From assembly GCF_031769215.1 (NCBI RefSeq), contig NW_026782263.1:434001-498000 (forward strand): a DNA stretch of 64,000 nt, given 5' to 3'. Positions 12,839-25,392 of this stretch are shown in pieces. Each line of letters opens with the position of its first letter. Position 1 is the stretch's first letter. Origin of the DNA: Ylistrum balloti. Taxonomy: Eukaryota. The notes beneath the pieces were generated by a model. That model worked only from the letters and a program-made list of their open reading frames with translations. It was not told the DNA's origin and did not search any database. The translations under genes were made by a program, and so were the position numbers.

Positions 12839-13979
12839 TTCATGTCATTGTCGGTCGAGATAGGTGGCGAAATGTTGCTATACCTTTTTTTGTGTACGAA
12901 TTTAAATTATTGGATCGCAAATGTTAAACAGGGAGTGTCTTTGTACACTGTCTTACACATTAAGCCTTTTTCCATAACGGTATTTAGGTTCATACCATTA
13001 TAAGACGAGTGTTGAATATGCTTGTCCAATTGTCAATGCCAAATACCATTTCTGTTATTTTAAAATAAATCCCCCTTCTCTCTCTAAACCGTTAGATACA
13101 TTTGAACGTTGATATTCAATCAAATGTGAAGTAATTAATTTCTTCTGACACAGGAGTGTTAGAATTTATTCCATGGAATTAGTTAAAGTAGTTTGACTCC
13201 TCCTAAAACCAAATACTTAAATCTTGTTAAAAGTGTACGCCATGATATTTTCTCGTTTATCTTCTCTTTTTTATTCTTTGTTTTGATATGAAATAAATAT
13301 TTCACTGTGTCATTAATTTTATCGAAGTGTTGGTATTCTCAGATTACAATTATTCCAAGAGACAACTTGTCTCATTTAACTTAATTTTTTTTTCATTTTC
13401 TTAAGTCGACCAAGACGTTATTTTTGACCCGTTTGTTTTTCTCAGGGAGATGTCTGTGCTTTCCCGGTTACCCGAACTAATCTGAATGGAATACGACGGG
13501 TCTTCCCTTTGTTGTTCAGTTACGTAGCAACCGGATATTATAAGGAGGTCCTGCCTTAAGGTTGTTGACTGGCGATAAAACCGATACTTTTCCACTTTGA
13601 CGACACATCAGTTTATATAGAATAGTCTACATCGTGTTTCGTACCAGAAACTGACGTGTATCTCGTTTACAAGCTATTCATACATGTATTTTAGCAATGG
13701 CATGGTTCCAAAAATCTTATATTTTATCATGACAAATAATTCCCACTTTTACAGGCAACCTGATAAAACCTTCAAAGTGAAATTCTGAAATTAATTGATA
13801 CCAATAAAACTTCTTCGCTTCCTTTCCAATAAGAGTATTCTGATAATGTTGTTTACGTAAAGTTATCATTCTTGGGAAATGAAGATTATCGCATTTTGCA
13901 AAAAAAAAAAAAAGAAAAAAAAAGAAAATCAAGAAAATATCAACCTGGCAACATTATCATAATTCTAACTCAAATTCCA

Positions 13980-15790
13980 TAAGCTAGGACAAAACATGAA
14001 CAAAAGATAGAATCACACAGAGACTTCTGACCAGATGTTCCGGAAGAGAAAGCGTCTTCTGCTTCATCGACGACACCCGCCATGCAAACCTTGGTCAATA
14101 CAAGTAAGTAATGTCACGCTCTCAAATGAGAACGCGGTATACAACAACGAAACCAACAGACAAACTACAGAGCATCAAATATGTCCAGCTTCATGTCGCA
14201 AAAAGAAATAGAATAATTCGCTATGAGATAACTATGACGACCATAAATCTTCCCCATAATTTTCATCAACCTGCATCTTTTGAACCCTTGTGTTACGAGT
14301 TTGTCAGTCAGTTGACGACTTCTTGCACGAAAATCGTGATAATGAATATCAAATTAGCTGTGACATGGAAATACCATAGATTGGCGACGCAGGAATGTTG
14401 CTATCCAAAAATGGAAAATTCACAATAGGGAAATTGAAATCATCATGTTTATAATACAGCTTGATGGAAAGCTGACCATGTTAGTTTCTTTGTAGGAAAG
14501 CTCGAGATAATCAGCTGTTGTAGAAGAGTCTGTCGTATATTTGATTTCCAGTTTTGTTTGATATATACGATGGACGTAGTCAAGAAATTTCTTGTTATCT
14601 AAAGACAAGACGTCATAAGTATATCTGAAGGTGAAATCAAACGACTTTGCAAGGTCTTTGTGACATATTTTGATAAGTTCTTCAATAAATCCCGTCTTGT
14701 ATGAAAACAAAAACAAGTCAGCCAACAGAGGGGCGCAGTTGGTATGCTTTTAATCTGTTGGACGATCTTATCACCAGACTCAACAAAAATGTTGTAAACC
14801 AAAAACTCGATCATTTTTATGATTTTTGTCCATCGTATATTTCTTCTTTGGTTTGGACGTAAATTTTACGAAATACGCTTCATTATAGTTCACAACAATA
14901 TATTTATACCGCCGTTCGCCTTTCTTGGAGAAGAAAGCTGCACATAATAGGACAACGTAGACGTTCCTTCAGTTTAGAATGGGGTGATGTACAGGGTGGA
15001 AAAATCAAGTGTTCTTGTAGAAGAAATGTTTTGTAGAATAGGGTGTTGAAGTTTGGTCAAAAGCTCTTTGGAGTTCTTCAAAACCCACATACATGTACTA
15101 TCAATTCCTCCTCTTCAGTAAGCAGTATCACAATAAAACTGTAACCTAGATTTGATGGTACTTAGAATGGTGGCTAGCAGTTTAGACAAAGGCTTGTTTG
15201 AACAATTAGACGATCCAGCTATAAAACGTTGTATATGGATTCTTGTGAAGTTTAGGGATCAAGTATAAACGGGGGAGGTCCGTATCCTCTTCATTTATAG
15301 GCAATCTAAATGATTGTAATTCCGAAGCATGATTAGCTAGTATTTTGTCTTTTACAAGATTGCATAATGTATAGATGGGGTTTCTTTCATTATCAAACAA
15401 GCCCAGCAGTTTTTGTATACAGGAAATGTAATAATGTTTGCAAACAAGGACCGAATTATCAGACGCCTTTATCTGCATGCACAATGACATACCTGTCATG
15501 TTAATCTTGAAGTGTGGATTTAATATCAGGATCGAGAAAAGCTGACCTGAGTTTTGGTTTTTCATTTTCGATTTCAAACTGCAAATTATTTCACGAGTGA
15601 TGGACCGTATGGACTTAGCCCACTCAGAAAGTAAATCCAACGCAGATTGGACTCGTTTGTCCCATTCTCTGGTGTAGTTTTCAACAAAATCCATAAGTAT
15701 CTTAGAATTAACATTCCAGTTAATGGAAGGGGTTTCATGATATATAGGACCCTTCATGAAAAGTTCTCGTAGCTAAACATTTTGAATAAT
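13980..15790 (-). mobile_element. 5'-truncated, frameshifted Penelope-like retroelement (probably Naiad-type RT)
   Basis: Fragments read KGPIYHETPSINW, DKASDN..VCKHYY, LPRLYLIPKLHKNPY, RFIAGS, MWVLKNSKELL, DFSTLY, IPTAPL-LADLFLFSY, FRYTYDVLSLDN and TTDSSTTADYLEL, followed by the 3' tail. These match PLE reverse transcriptase motifs, with several stops and frameshifts. Confidence 0.85.
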
Positions 15791-18280
15791 ACTTAAATCT
15801 ACATTTAAATATCAAAATGGATGTACGCTCATAGTGTTATAATTATACAGTTAAGAGACATTCGACCTCTGGGTAGAAGTCTGCTTTATTTACAATTCTG
15901 ATGATTGGTACATTCTCTCCTGAATAACTTCAACCTTTAACAAACACTAAACTAAGTTGATCTTTTAGATTATCTCCATTTGGAACCAATTTTGTTGATA
16001 CCTTTGAAGTTGGTATGGAAGTTTTTCTGAGAATTATTTTTTTAAAAAGGGTCAAGTATGAAAATGGGTCATTTACTTTTAGATTAGATTATTGGCAATG
16101 GTGGGTGTTGTTATCGAAAAACAGTTAGTTTCCTTTTAAAAACATAATACGTTAAAAGAAACAAGCATGTCAATATGGTAGATCAGGTCCGGAGATGTGT
16201 TTATCTGGAAAACTATCAAACGTCTTTTTCATTCTTTGATTTGAAGCAACCACCATTCATGTTAATAATAATCATTAATGTGTTTTTTAATTATTTTATG
16301 AATATAAACTACCAACTCCAGACTGGAAAGATGTATTATTGTCGACTAGAAATCCACCTAGAGGGTTTTTTTATGATGGAACACCTTGAGATAAAACGGT
16401 CATTTACAGCCGACATGTTTGGGAGAGCGAGTTTTGAAACCCATGAACAATCTTCATCCTTATCTTTCTTCAATGATAAAATGAGAGTACCACTGTGTTA
16501 GTCACGTACATCAACATACACAAACTCTCTCTCTATCTGCCCTCAGAACTTTCCACCTCTCGTCTTCAAGAAAATGTTTGACGGCAGTAATGAACACATA
16601 ACACATGAAGGTGAATATAAAAATTCACACAGACACATACACAGCTGAAGTTTGTGTAGTCCCTTGTATTTGGTCATCGTGCAAGTGACAGGTCTTCACA
16701 TTAAAACTGACCGGACATTGCCTGGACACGACTATCCACGGTAATGATATAGCTGTAATTAGGACCACTGAGTCACTGTGACAGTGATAAACACATTCAG
16801 GTGGTCCTTCTACAACACCTGGGGCGAAAACGAGTTCTTTTATTAATTGCAACATCTCGGGGAAGTTTCTGGCAATCTTCGGAGATGAATGAATGAACAC
16901 CTTCCCCCTCCCACAACCACCATTACCACATTTTTTTCGGTCAGTCATGAGACAAACCCAAACAATAACAATCTACATACATTTTGCATTTTGATGTTGG
17001 CATTTTAAACTATTTGATATCCAAATTTGACAGCATTTATTTTACAGAATATTTTGGGGCAGATACAAGTAATAGCTAATAGTTCGTTGGACGAATCCGA
17101 TGGACTTGTTTCCGAAGACTGATCCACGGACAATTGGACAGTATTATCATATGTGCTGTAAATCAAAATAAAGGCTCTCGCATTGACTATATAATGCATA
17201 TTGGTTTTGAAATTTGACCAACGGAATTAAGTAAGATGAAAAAATCCGTGTTAGCTTTCTGACGAATCACCAAAATCCAGTTTGAATTTGAATTGACCAA
17301 ATCGGCCGTCGTTCAACGGTACAGACCTTCGGTTTTTTCGCAGTTGTACCTTTTTATGGAAATTAAACATGTTTATCTGAAATCGTGCTTGACCATCTGC
17401 CTGTGTTGCTATGGCTATGCAGCGTGGAAAACATCCAAGAGAGGGTCACTTATATTGATGTCCGATTTTCTGAGTCATCTTCCAAATTTATGGCTTCCTG
17501 GTTCCATTAAGTCGCCGAAACCAGTTATCTTGACACGGATGACCCGGAATGACGCTGACCTAAATATGACTGCCATCGCAACACCTGGGCTCACGTGCAG
17601 GTAATATATTACAATACATTACTAATCGACAATTATGTCCACTTTAACGACATTCATCTGTTATTTATAAAACAAATCCTGGCATACTGCGAAAAAAATG
17701 TGATCCGGAGCACCTGCATATTAAACGCCTTTTATATATCTAGAATCGTATTGTTAGTACAAGGATTGTTGTTTTTATTAAAGGCTCCAGGAACCGCTAG
17801 TTGTTAAACCTACAATAACAAAAATACCCAGTCGTCTTTGAATACAGGTAAACGCATTCTGCACAAGCAAATTTGATTGATAAAGGTCATATATAGTCTA
17901 CTGTTCTAATTATAGAACCGGAGACTATACTTAGATCTTTTATACTCCCTATTCTTGTTGGCGTCGTCGGTGAAAAGATGACAATCAAACTGTCTTAGTT
18001 GTCAGGTACAATGTACATATACATTTGTATCAACAGAGAAGTGACCGATTATACTATACTGTGAATTGAAATCAATACACGACTTAACCAATTTTATTTG
18101 AAACGAAATTGGAGCAATTTATATGAAATTTACATAAGTGTTAATTTAATTTAATATAGATTAATATAAATTTCAGTGGTTGTGAACAAGTTTTAGAATA
18201 TTGCGTGTATCACACTTCCCAAATATAAACAACCTCGAACAAAAGTGTTTATCAATTTTCATTTAAATACACAAAGCTTA

Positions 18281-18370
18281 CCAGGAATGACGGTATATTC
18301 AGCGCCCTTGGCATGAGACGATGGCAGCAACAATTGCCACAACGACAAGTTTTCATAGCCAACGTTCATT
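18281..18370 (-). pseudogene. Signal-peptide-like exon with two 1-nt frameshifts (possible pseudogene or assembly error)
   Basis: Bounded by ttgtttag| and |gtaagc. Removing one A from ATGAAAA and one G from CAAGGG gives MKLVVVAIVAAIVSCQGAEYTVIP-G. Confidence 0.4.
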
Positions 18371-19898
18371 CTAAACAAGCATTATATTGAATCGTATATT
18401 TGAAAGGAGTGTGTTATTATCGTTGCATTCGCTATTAGGATAAATACGTCCCCCGTGGTTTTAACATACATTTGTAGGGTAACAGTAACAATGTATTTCT
18501 GCTACGAGAACTCATTTTGGAAAGGTTTGTTCGATTTTAGAGAAGTTGTCTCTTTCTTCCCCTATTAATCAACAAACACCGTAAGAGGTTTTATGTAAAC
18601 TTCTTTCTCTGAATTGATACATATGATTTGCATTTACGGAATATTTTTACATTCTTTGACAGAATTCGATTTTTAAATGAGTTCTCCTTTCCGCAGTATT
18701 TCTGGTTATTTATAGTTGTGTTTAAAACAATAGAAAAAAACTCATATATTGAATAAAATCCAAATTATTCACATCATTACAAGGACAACTACTGAATATA
18801 CTTAACGCAGTCTTTTAAATCTCCCTCTCACTTGGGGAACGCAAGTTTAAATATGGCCCTGCACCATGTAGAATGTATTTATTGATTTTAAAGGCCCTGA
18901 TCCGGCGTTTTGTGTCGGCCTTGTATTACAGTGACGGGTCAGTTAATGGAACACGACTCGACAGGTAGGTTTTGATTAACTGCATGGCCTTGTACAACAG
19001 ACATCTGTAATACATAATATTGACGGGTTTATATGCATCGTGCAATTGTGTGATTTTCTTGTCGTGTATAATATATATATCATAATGTACCTGAAGTAGT
19101 ATGATAAATATCATCTGAGCAAATGTAGGTAATATAACGGTAATATATATACACTTTATATACCTGTATCACGTAGACCCATATCTTTTTACAATCTACG
19201 ATCATCATCGTCTTATTTAATATCTAATATTGAAATATAAGTTTATAAGTTACTACATATAACATGATATTTCCCACGCAGTAAATATATCCTCAGCCAC
19301 ACTGTCTAGTGTTCTGGACAAGGGCTTTCTTCTATCACGTTTACTGGTAAGGGGGAATAACTGCTATAAACTACTTTCACGTATATATAAAACTGAAGGG
19401 GGGTGGGGGTCTCAATTGTTTTTTCTATGATGTCTATTTTGGCTATTTTAATCCGAAATGATTTTTAAAAGTAAAATTCCCCTTATTGGAACAATCTTTA
19501 TATGTATGCTTCATGTAACAGAGGCCCGCCATGTCACTTTTAAAAATGTAAACAATCCCTTACCATGCTGTCGATTTAGTATGTATATGTGATGCATTGT
19601 ATGCTCGTTATGCCAGTTTCTTTGTTTTATTTGGGTTTTTTTTTTCAATTATTCCATAGACAGTTAGTTTCTATTTTCTGAAATACAGATTCGCGATGTC
19701 ACACATTTATTAACAATTTTGTACCAAACTGTATATTTTTCTGTACTTTACATCCGACATGGCATGCGGTTTTTCTTATAACCCAATACAAAACTGTATG
19801 TGTGTTATATTTTCTATATTTTGGACCCTCCATTTTAGTTTGTTTGTCTTATTTCACGATTCCCAGTCGCTTGTTTACATTTTTATTACAGGCCCGCC

Positions 19899-21914
19899 AT
19901 GCCAGTTGTGCGGGTTCCTGACGAGACGGGACACACTCTGACACTTCTTGAGGTAGATGGCACCTACCGCGCCACATGCAGTTCGGTACCCGACCACGAG
20001 AACGAGGTCAGGTCTATACCAACGTGGCTGGCACGTGATGATGACGTCCTTATTTGCTCCTATCCTAAATCTGGTGAGAATTTACACATTTAGACAGGAT
20101 GTCAAAAAGTCTTTTTTTCTTCAGTATAAAAGTCTAATTCATGGATCATTGAAAGTTAAGTAACTTGTTTTTTAATGTTCCCGCGGATTCTATGTCATAT
20201 AGTTATCTCCCTTTAACGATACGATCACCTAACACTATATTGTAATATGTTACCTGTCGTCGGTTCCTATATGATTCGGCTTGTTTTGACTCATCCAGAC
20301 AGGTATATGATAAATATAAAATTAAGTTTTTAACTAAAGTTATTGAACACATCATTTCTTTACTAGGTACACATTGGTTATGGGAGGTAACGTCTATGTT
20401 GATAAGAAACAAAGCGGAGCGAATTCCTGGTGAAAAAGAGTCAGCCATGCTAGAGCTGATACAACAGTCTCGATTTGATAACCTCCCGTCCCCAAGAGTT
20501 CTCAACACACACGTCCAGTATGGGCACGTACCTAAAGACTTTCTCGATCGGAGATGTAAAATACTCTACATGATCCGGAATCCGAAGGACGTATCCGTTT
20601 CCTTTTTTAATCACCACGCAAAACTTTTGGATTATGAATTTACTGGACCATGGGAAACATATCTGCCAAGATTCCTTCGAGGGGATGGTAATTTGCATAA
20701 AACATGTTGAAAAGATTTTTAAAATATGGAAACTTACTAAATGTTTAAAAATAAAATGTTGTATTATGTAAACTATATGATAATATCAGCCTTTTTTGTC
20801 TGATACATTGTTTGAAACAAAAAAGTTACTTTCAGTTGACGGTGGCAGTTGGTTTGACTATACCCTCAGTTGGGAAAATTTCATCCTACAAATTCCAGAC
20901 TACCCCATCCTTGCCATTTATTACGAGGACATGAAATCGGTACGTACATTAGCTTCTGCTTTCTAATCTTTGCCCAGTCATTGCTAACAACATTCTGAAT
21001 CCCATGACAAAGTCATGCAAGTGCTTATTTATCACTGAGTACAGCGATGTATGATGAAAACGTATTACTGAATTAAGCAGCCGCATGGATTCCACTGACA
21101 CATACACGTTACTGAGAAGCAAGTTGCATGTTTTTTCTGGGCGAAGTTAACTTCATACAAAATGTACGTTATTTAGTTTCCTTTGACAAATAGTCCTGTT
21201 TAAATTGTCCTGAACATATTTTACCCAGAACCATTTCAAACGACAAAGTCATCGCCGTTTCAACAAACTGTTTCATTTCATATAATCCTTTGATGCTGTT
21301 AGAATCCATTTCGGGAAATTCAAAGGATAGCGACATTTTTGGAGGTCCCATGTGACGTCATGTTCCTAGAACGCGTTACCCAACTTTGTGACTTCAACAC
21401 AATGAAGACGGACAAGGAGCGCTTGGAGGACGCAGCTGACTGGAGAGGTGGAAAGTCCGACATGTACCGAAAAGGTAGCCAGTCAAAAACGTTTTTCTTT
21501 TGTCACGCAACTAATGATAGTAAGTCGATCATAATTCATGACGCATTTGTAAAATATTCTCTGGCAAAAGTCACTTGATAATACATAAAATAATATTACA
21601 CGTACGAGATATTGAAATAATATATAGGATAATATTACAAGTATGAAATATTGAAATAATATATGAAATAATATTACAAGTACGACATATTAAAATAATA
21701 TATAGGATAATATTACAAGTATGAAATATTGAAATAATATATAAAATGATATTACACGTACGAGATATTGAAATAACTAATTTTTTTAATGTTATTTTCA
21801 GGAAAGGTTGGTGACTGGAAGAACTGGTTTACTGTGGGACAAAACGACCTTTTTGACAGAGTTTTTGCAGAACGAATGCATAACTCGAAAACGAATATTC
21901 GATTTTCTCTATAA
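19899..21914 (+). CDS. Cytosolic sulfotransferase (Sulfotransfer_1 family), copy A, 294 aa; exons 19899-20073, 20367-20687, 20836-20939, 21303-21474, 21802-21914
   Basis: GT-AG exons of 175/321/104/172/113 nt splice in frame. Motifs SYPKSGTHW (5'-PSB), PRVLNTH (catalytic His), RNPKDVSVSFF (3'-PB) and [13 protein letters not shown]. Confidence 0.95.
21592..21777. repeat. 39-bp AT-rich minisatellite (about 4.8 units) in the last intron of SULT copy A
   Basis: atattac core recurs with units starting at 21592, 21631, 21670, 21709 and 21748. Confidence 0.93.
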
Positions 21915-22440
21915 AAGTCCGAATTGAAGAATATATTTTGCACGAGTCAAGCAATTACTGGCCGTACCGAAAACAGATATGGAAATTCGGGCTCGATCAT
22001 GAAGTTGATCCCTCGGTGGCTAAAACACAACTGGCCTGAGAAATAGGTTTTAAATGTACAGGGTAAATGGTAGCAGTAAATGTTATCGTCAAGGATTGCT
22101 CTTAATACTGGAGTATTCCAGTCCTCTGTTACAGTTAGATATGTTGGTGTTTCTCGTGTCGTGACGCTGGAAGATGGAAACCTATCACTAGATAATATAT
22201 GATACAATTGGTGTTGACTAGCAGCTCATTAGTAATTTCATGATACACTTTTATTCGAATTACATGTAGCTGCATAGAAATAAAATTACAAATGAAACGA
22301 TTTTTTTCTTGGTTTATGCAGACATACACGTCGTCTCTGTTTTATAGTAGAAAGTGTGTAAAAAGACAAGAGTAATAACGATGGTTAGTCACGATGCTTT
22401 ATTGGCCGTAGAGATATTACTGAAGTCTTGTCCAGCCGAA

Positions 22441-22515
22441 CTCTCCCCTCCCTCTCCCCCCCCCCCCCCCCCCCCCCCACCCCCAAAAAAAAAAAAAATA
22501 AATAAATAAAATAAA
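22441..22515. repeat. Low-complexity poly-C then poly-A/(TAAA)n tract
   Basis: Direct reading. Confidence 0.9.
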
Positions 22516-22641
22516 AACTCACCTTCCTTTTATGCCTAAATTCTGTTAGACCCAACCGTGGCAATGTCTGATTGGTTCATCTTAATATCAGGATAAACTT
22601 CAGATAATTAAATTACCAAATCCTTAAATGTTTTGTTTACT

Positions 22642-22731
22642 AAAGATTTCATGTTTCGGACTTAACTCTGGTGTGACTGTACTTTCAAAGATTTCATGTT
22701 TCGGACTTAACTCTGGTGTGACTGTACTTTC
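22642..22731. repeat. Perfect 45-bp tandem duplication
   Basis: aaagatttcatgtttcggacttaactctggtgtgactgtactttc at 22642 and 22687. Confidence 0.95.
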
Positions 22732-23264
22732 TAAGGCAGACCGCCGCTCAGAAGATAGCTGAGCTGGCCCAGTAAATAGACTAATAAAATAACATTGCTG
22801 TTCATTATCAGAATAACAGTTTGAATTAATAGTTCACACTTTATCCACTTGGATTTACAAACTGATAAAGTTAAATCTTCAATCAATCCTCCGAGCACTA
22901 CACTAACTGTGTATCCCCGATACTTATCCATTGAAGTTCTATTTCGTAACAAGTGACATTTATGTCGTGTTACGTACTAAACGAAAAATATAATATTTTT
23001 TGTCGAATAACAGTAATAATGACTTGCAATCTTAATGCTCGGAATAGGATTTTACATAAGTGCCAAAATCTAGTTCGAAATCATTTTGTAACAATAAAAT
23101 GAGTTTGAATGGGCCACTATAGACTTGATGTTACGGTTACTATTTTAACGTTCAGTAGATTTCCAAATTATAGAACGACATTTACATACCTAACTGCTCT
23201 TTATATTTGACATTTAAAACGAAAGCTTTATGAATAGATATCTCTTGCTGTTTTAGCAATTATT

Positions 23265-23430
23265 TACTGTAATATAATATTTTTTCGTTGGGTTCAATTT
23301 TCGTGGTTGACAAAAAATTCACTTTTTCGTGGATATTTGATTTTTTGGAAAAATGTAGCTCAATAAATAATCTTAATCTAATTATATCACGTCGTGGGCC
23401 TATGAACTCATGGATAAAGATTACCCATGG
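23265..23430. repeat. Probable non-autonomous DNA-transposon fragment beginning TACTGTA with ttttcgtgg sub-repeats (duplicated near 32092)
   Basis: tactgta start followed by repeated ttttcgt(t/g)g motifs. A similar start occurs at about 23817 and 32700. Family assignment is from recall only. Confidence 0.35.
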
Positions 23431-24223
23431 AATCAAGGGATATAGATTCTTGTATTTTCAGTGGTCTCTATACAAATCTTTCTGAATCTTTCATAGTTTC
23501 ATCGATTTTGAATAAAGCTTTAATCTATATTTTCTACAGAACGTACAATATTACTTTGTTTTTAATTGATCTGCTTATAAAGTTGTACATCATATAGAGA
23601 AATTAGTATTTAACAAAATTTTCAAAAAAGATCGATCAAGATTTTCCGGCAAGAATGCCTGTCACCAATTTTAAAAATATTACTGTGAAGGCTTTCTTAA
23701 ATAAGGAAATGGTTGCTTTTTTATTTGTAATTCAATTCATTATAAAAGACGAGTTATTGACTGGATATTTAAAGAAAGAAACAATCATAAGTAGACCATT
23801 TCATATACATGTACTGTATACTGTAGAGACAGGTATTTTTGAGGGGCATAAATTTCGTGGGTTTTTTTTTTAATTCTGAAAAATGTACAATTTATGAACA
23901 CTTCAACACGCTACCAACATGGAGCATATGATGGACATGTATTTTATATATAACGTGCTAGATCATTGTGCAACCTAAACAATAGAAACCAGTCCTTTAA
24001 ACTGTCGTTTCTAGTTTCCTACATGGACTACTGTGAGTTGCTGACAGTACAATGAGTGGAACATAGGATCATTATCACTACTCACCTATTGCATAAAAGC
24101 TGAAGATTTCATCTCTATAATACTTTCCGTAAATTGAATTAAATTTACTTATTTGTATAGTTCATTATAATATCCAAATCTTCCCAGTCTAAATTTTACT
24201 GTTGTTGGTATAACTGCCAGCTT

Positions 24224-24458
24224 TATTTAAATGTTAATGATCCTGAACTCAGTAAACATCAGCACAGGTAACAGGATATTCTAGTATCAAATACAGGTAT
24301 TCACATATCTTAGTTGATGCATAGATGTATCTTTTTCGCACAGACCGAGTATTACGATAACAGTCGGTTTGGCACAACGTACCCCGCCGAGAGCCCCTAC
24401 ATGTGGCCTCGATTTACTCTGGGTTCAGATACAGGACATTCAACACAGCAACAGTTTG
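24224..24458 (+). promoter_or_regulatory. Putative core promoter and two 5'-UTR exons of SULT copy B (24251-24267, 24344-24458); counterparts in copy C at 33135-33151 and 33228-33348
   Basis: TATTTAA at 24224, TCAGT initiator at 24249, donor cag|gtaaca, acceptor tttttcgcacag| and donor ttg|gtaagt. All of these sites are retained in the duplicate. Confidence 0.55.
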
Positions 24459-25392
24459 GTAAGTTAAAAGTCTTAAAAGTAGGTTCCATTTACATTGAAA
24501 GTGTATTTTATTCTGAATGCTAACATTTTAAAGACTAAACCTAGCGAGAGAGATTTAGAACTATATATAATTTACATATCAAAACCTTGCTAAATGATAC
24601 ATAATACCGTCTCTTTAAAGTAAGAAGCTCGTGTACAGACTGACTATATCTACCGTACACCTTTAGTTTCCCCTAGTGTTGTATAGAATGACTACGTCCG
24701 CTCTAGGGACGTCCTAGAATACGACCGCTGATACATGCTTACGTTGTAAAGTTTTACAGTGGTCAGTGTATATTGGTGTCTTGGAGCTAGGATTGTCGGA
24801 CACCAGTTAAAGTGTACATAGGTTTTACTTACTTTCACGTTTTGATGTGATTTCTATAAGACCCGGGATATGCTTACTGATAAGTGTAATCGCAGTATTT
24901 TTAAATAAATAAAATCATGTATCTACTTGTCATATAAGCCGATTACGTCGGAGTGGACCTTTAATTGTACATTTGTACATGTATATACTACTCGTGGACG
25001 TTAGAAATAAGATATGTGTATATTACACATCTCACTATCATAATGGTGTGACATCACGAAATCTTCTTTTTTCGCATGTTATGCAATCCAGGGTTTGATT
25101 CACAAATGTAAATTACATACATTGATTCAATCTGGCTGCGTATACATATCGCTTATCTTAAAAAGTCTGAAATTTCAATTTTAGACTCAGAATGTTATTT
25201 TTATTCTCTTCTATCAATATATCAAAACAATGTAAGTCACCTCTTCACAAAAAATATAATAGGTAAGGTCAATACTGTACCACACTCGCTGCATATGATT
25301 AACAACAATTCCTGCACAAGTATCAAAACGGGACAAGCTGTTTATAACCTTTTTTTTTCTTACAATTTTTCTACCTTCAGTAAATCATAAAG

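Noticed and set aside
13426-13560. Acceptor followed by a CLCFPGY (EGF-like) reading
   Set aside because: That frame stops after a few codons and no partner exons were found.
15100-15125. In-frame TGA in the PLE RT as possible selenocysteine
   Set aside because: It sits at a Ser-like position (TCA>TGA) in a copy with many other stops and frameshifts, and no SECIS was identified.
18281-18356. Cys-rich peptide MKTCRCGNCCCHR as a metallothionein-like ORF
   Set aside because: The Cys codons are the shifted-frame reading of Val/Ala signal-peptide codons.
11060-21914. Idea that the SULT array sulfates the neighbouring Tyr-rich secreted protein
   Set aside because: Protein tyrosine sulfation is carried out by Golgi TPSTs. 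These SULTs are the cytosolic type with no signal or anchor, so proximity alone gives no functional link.
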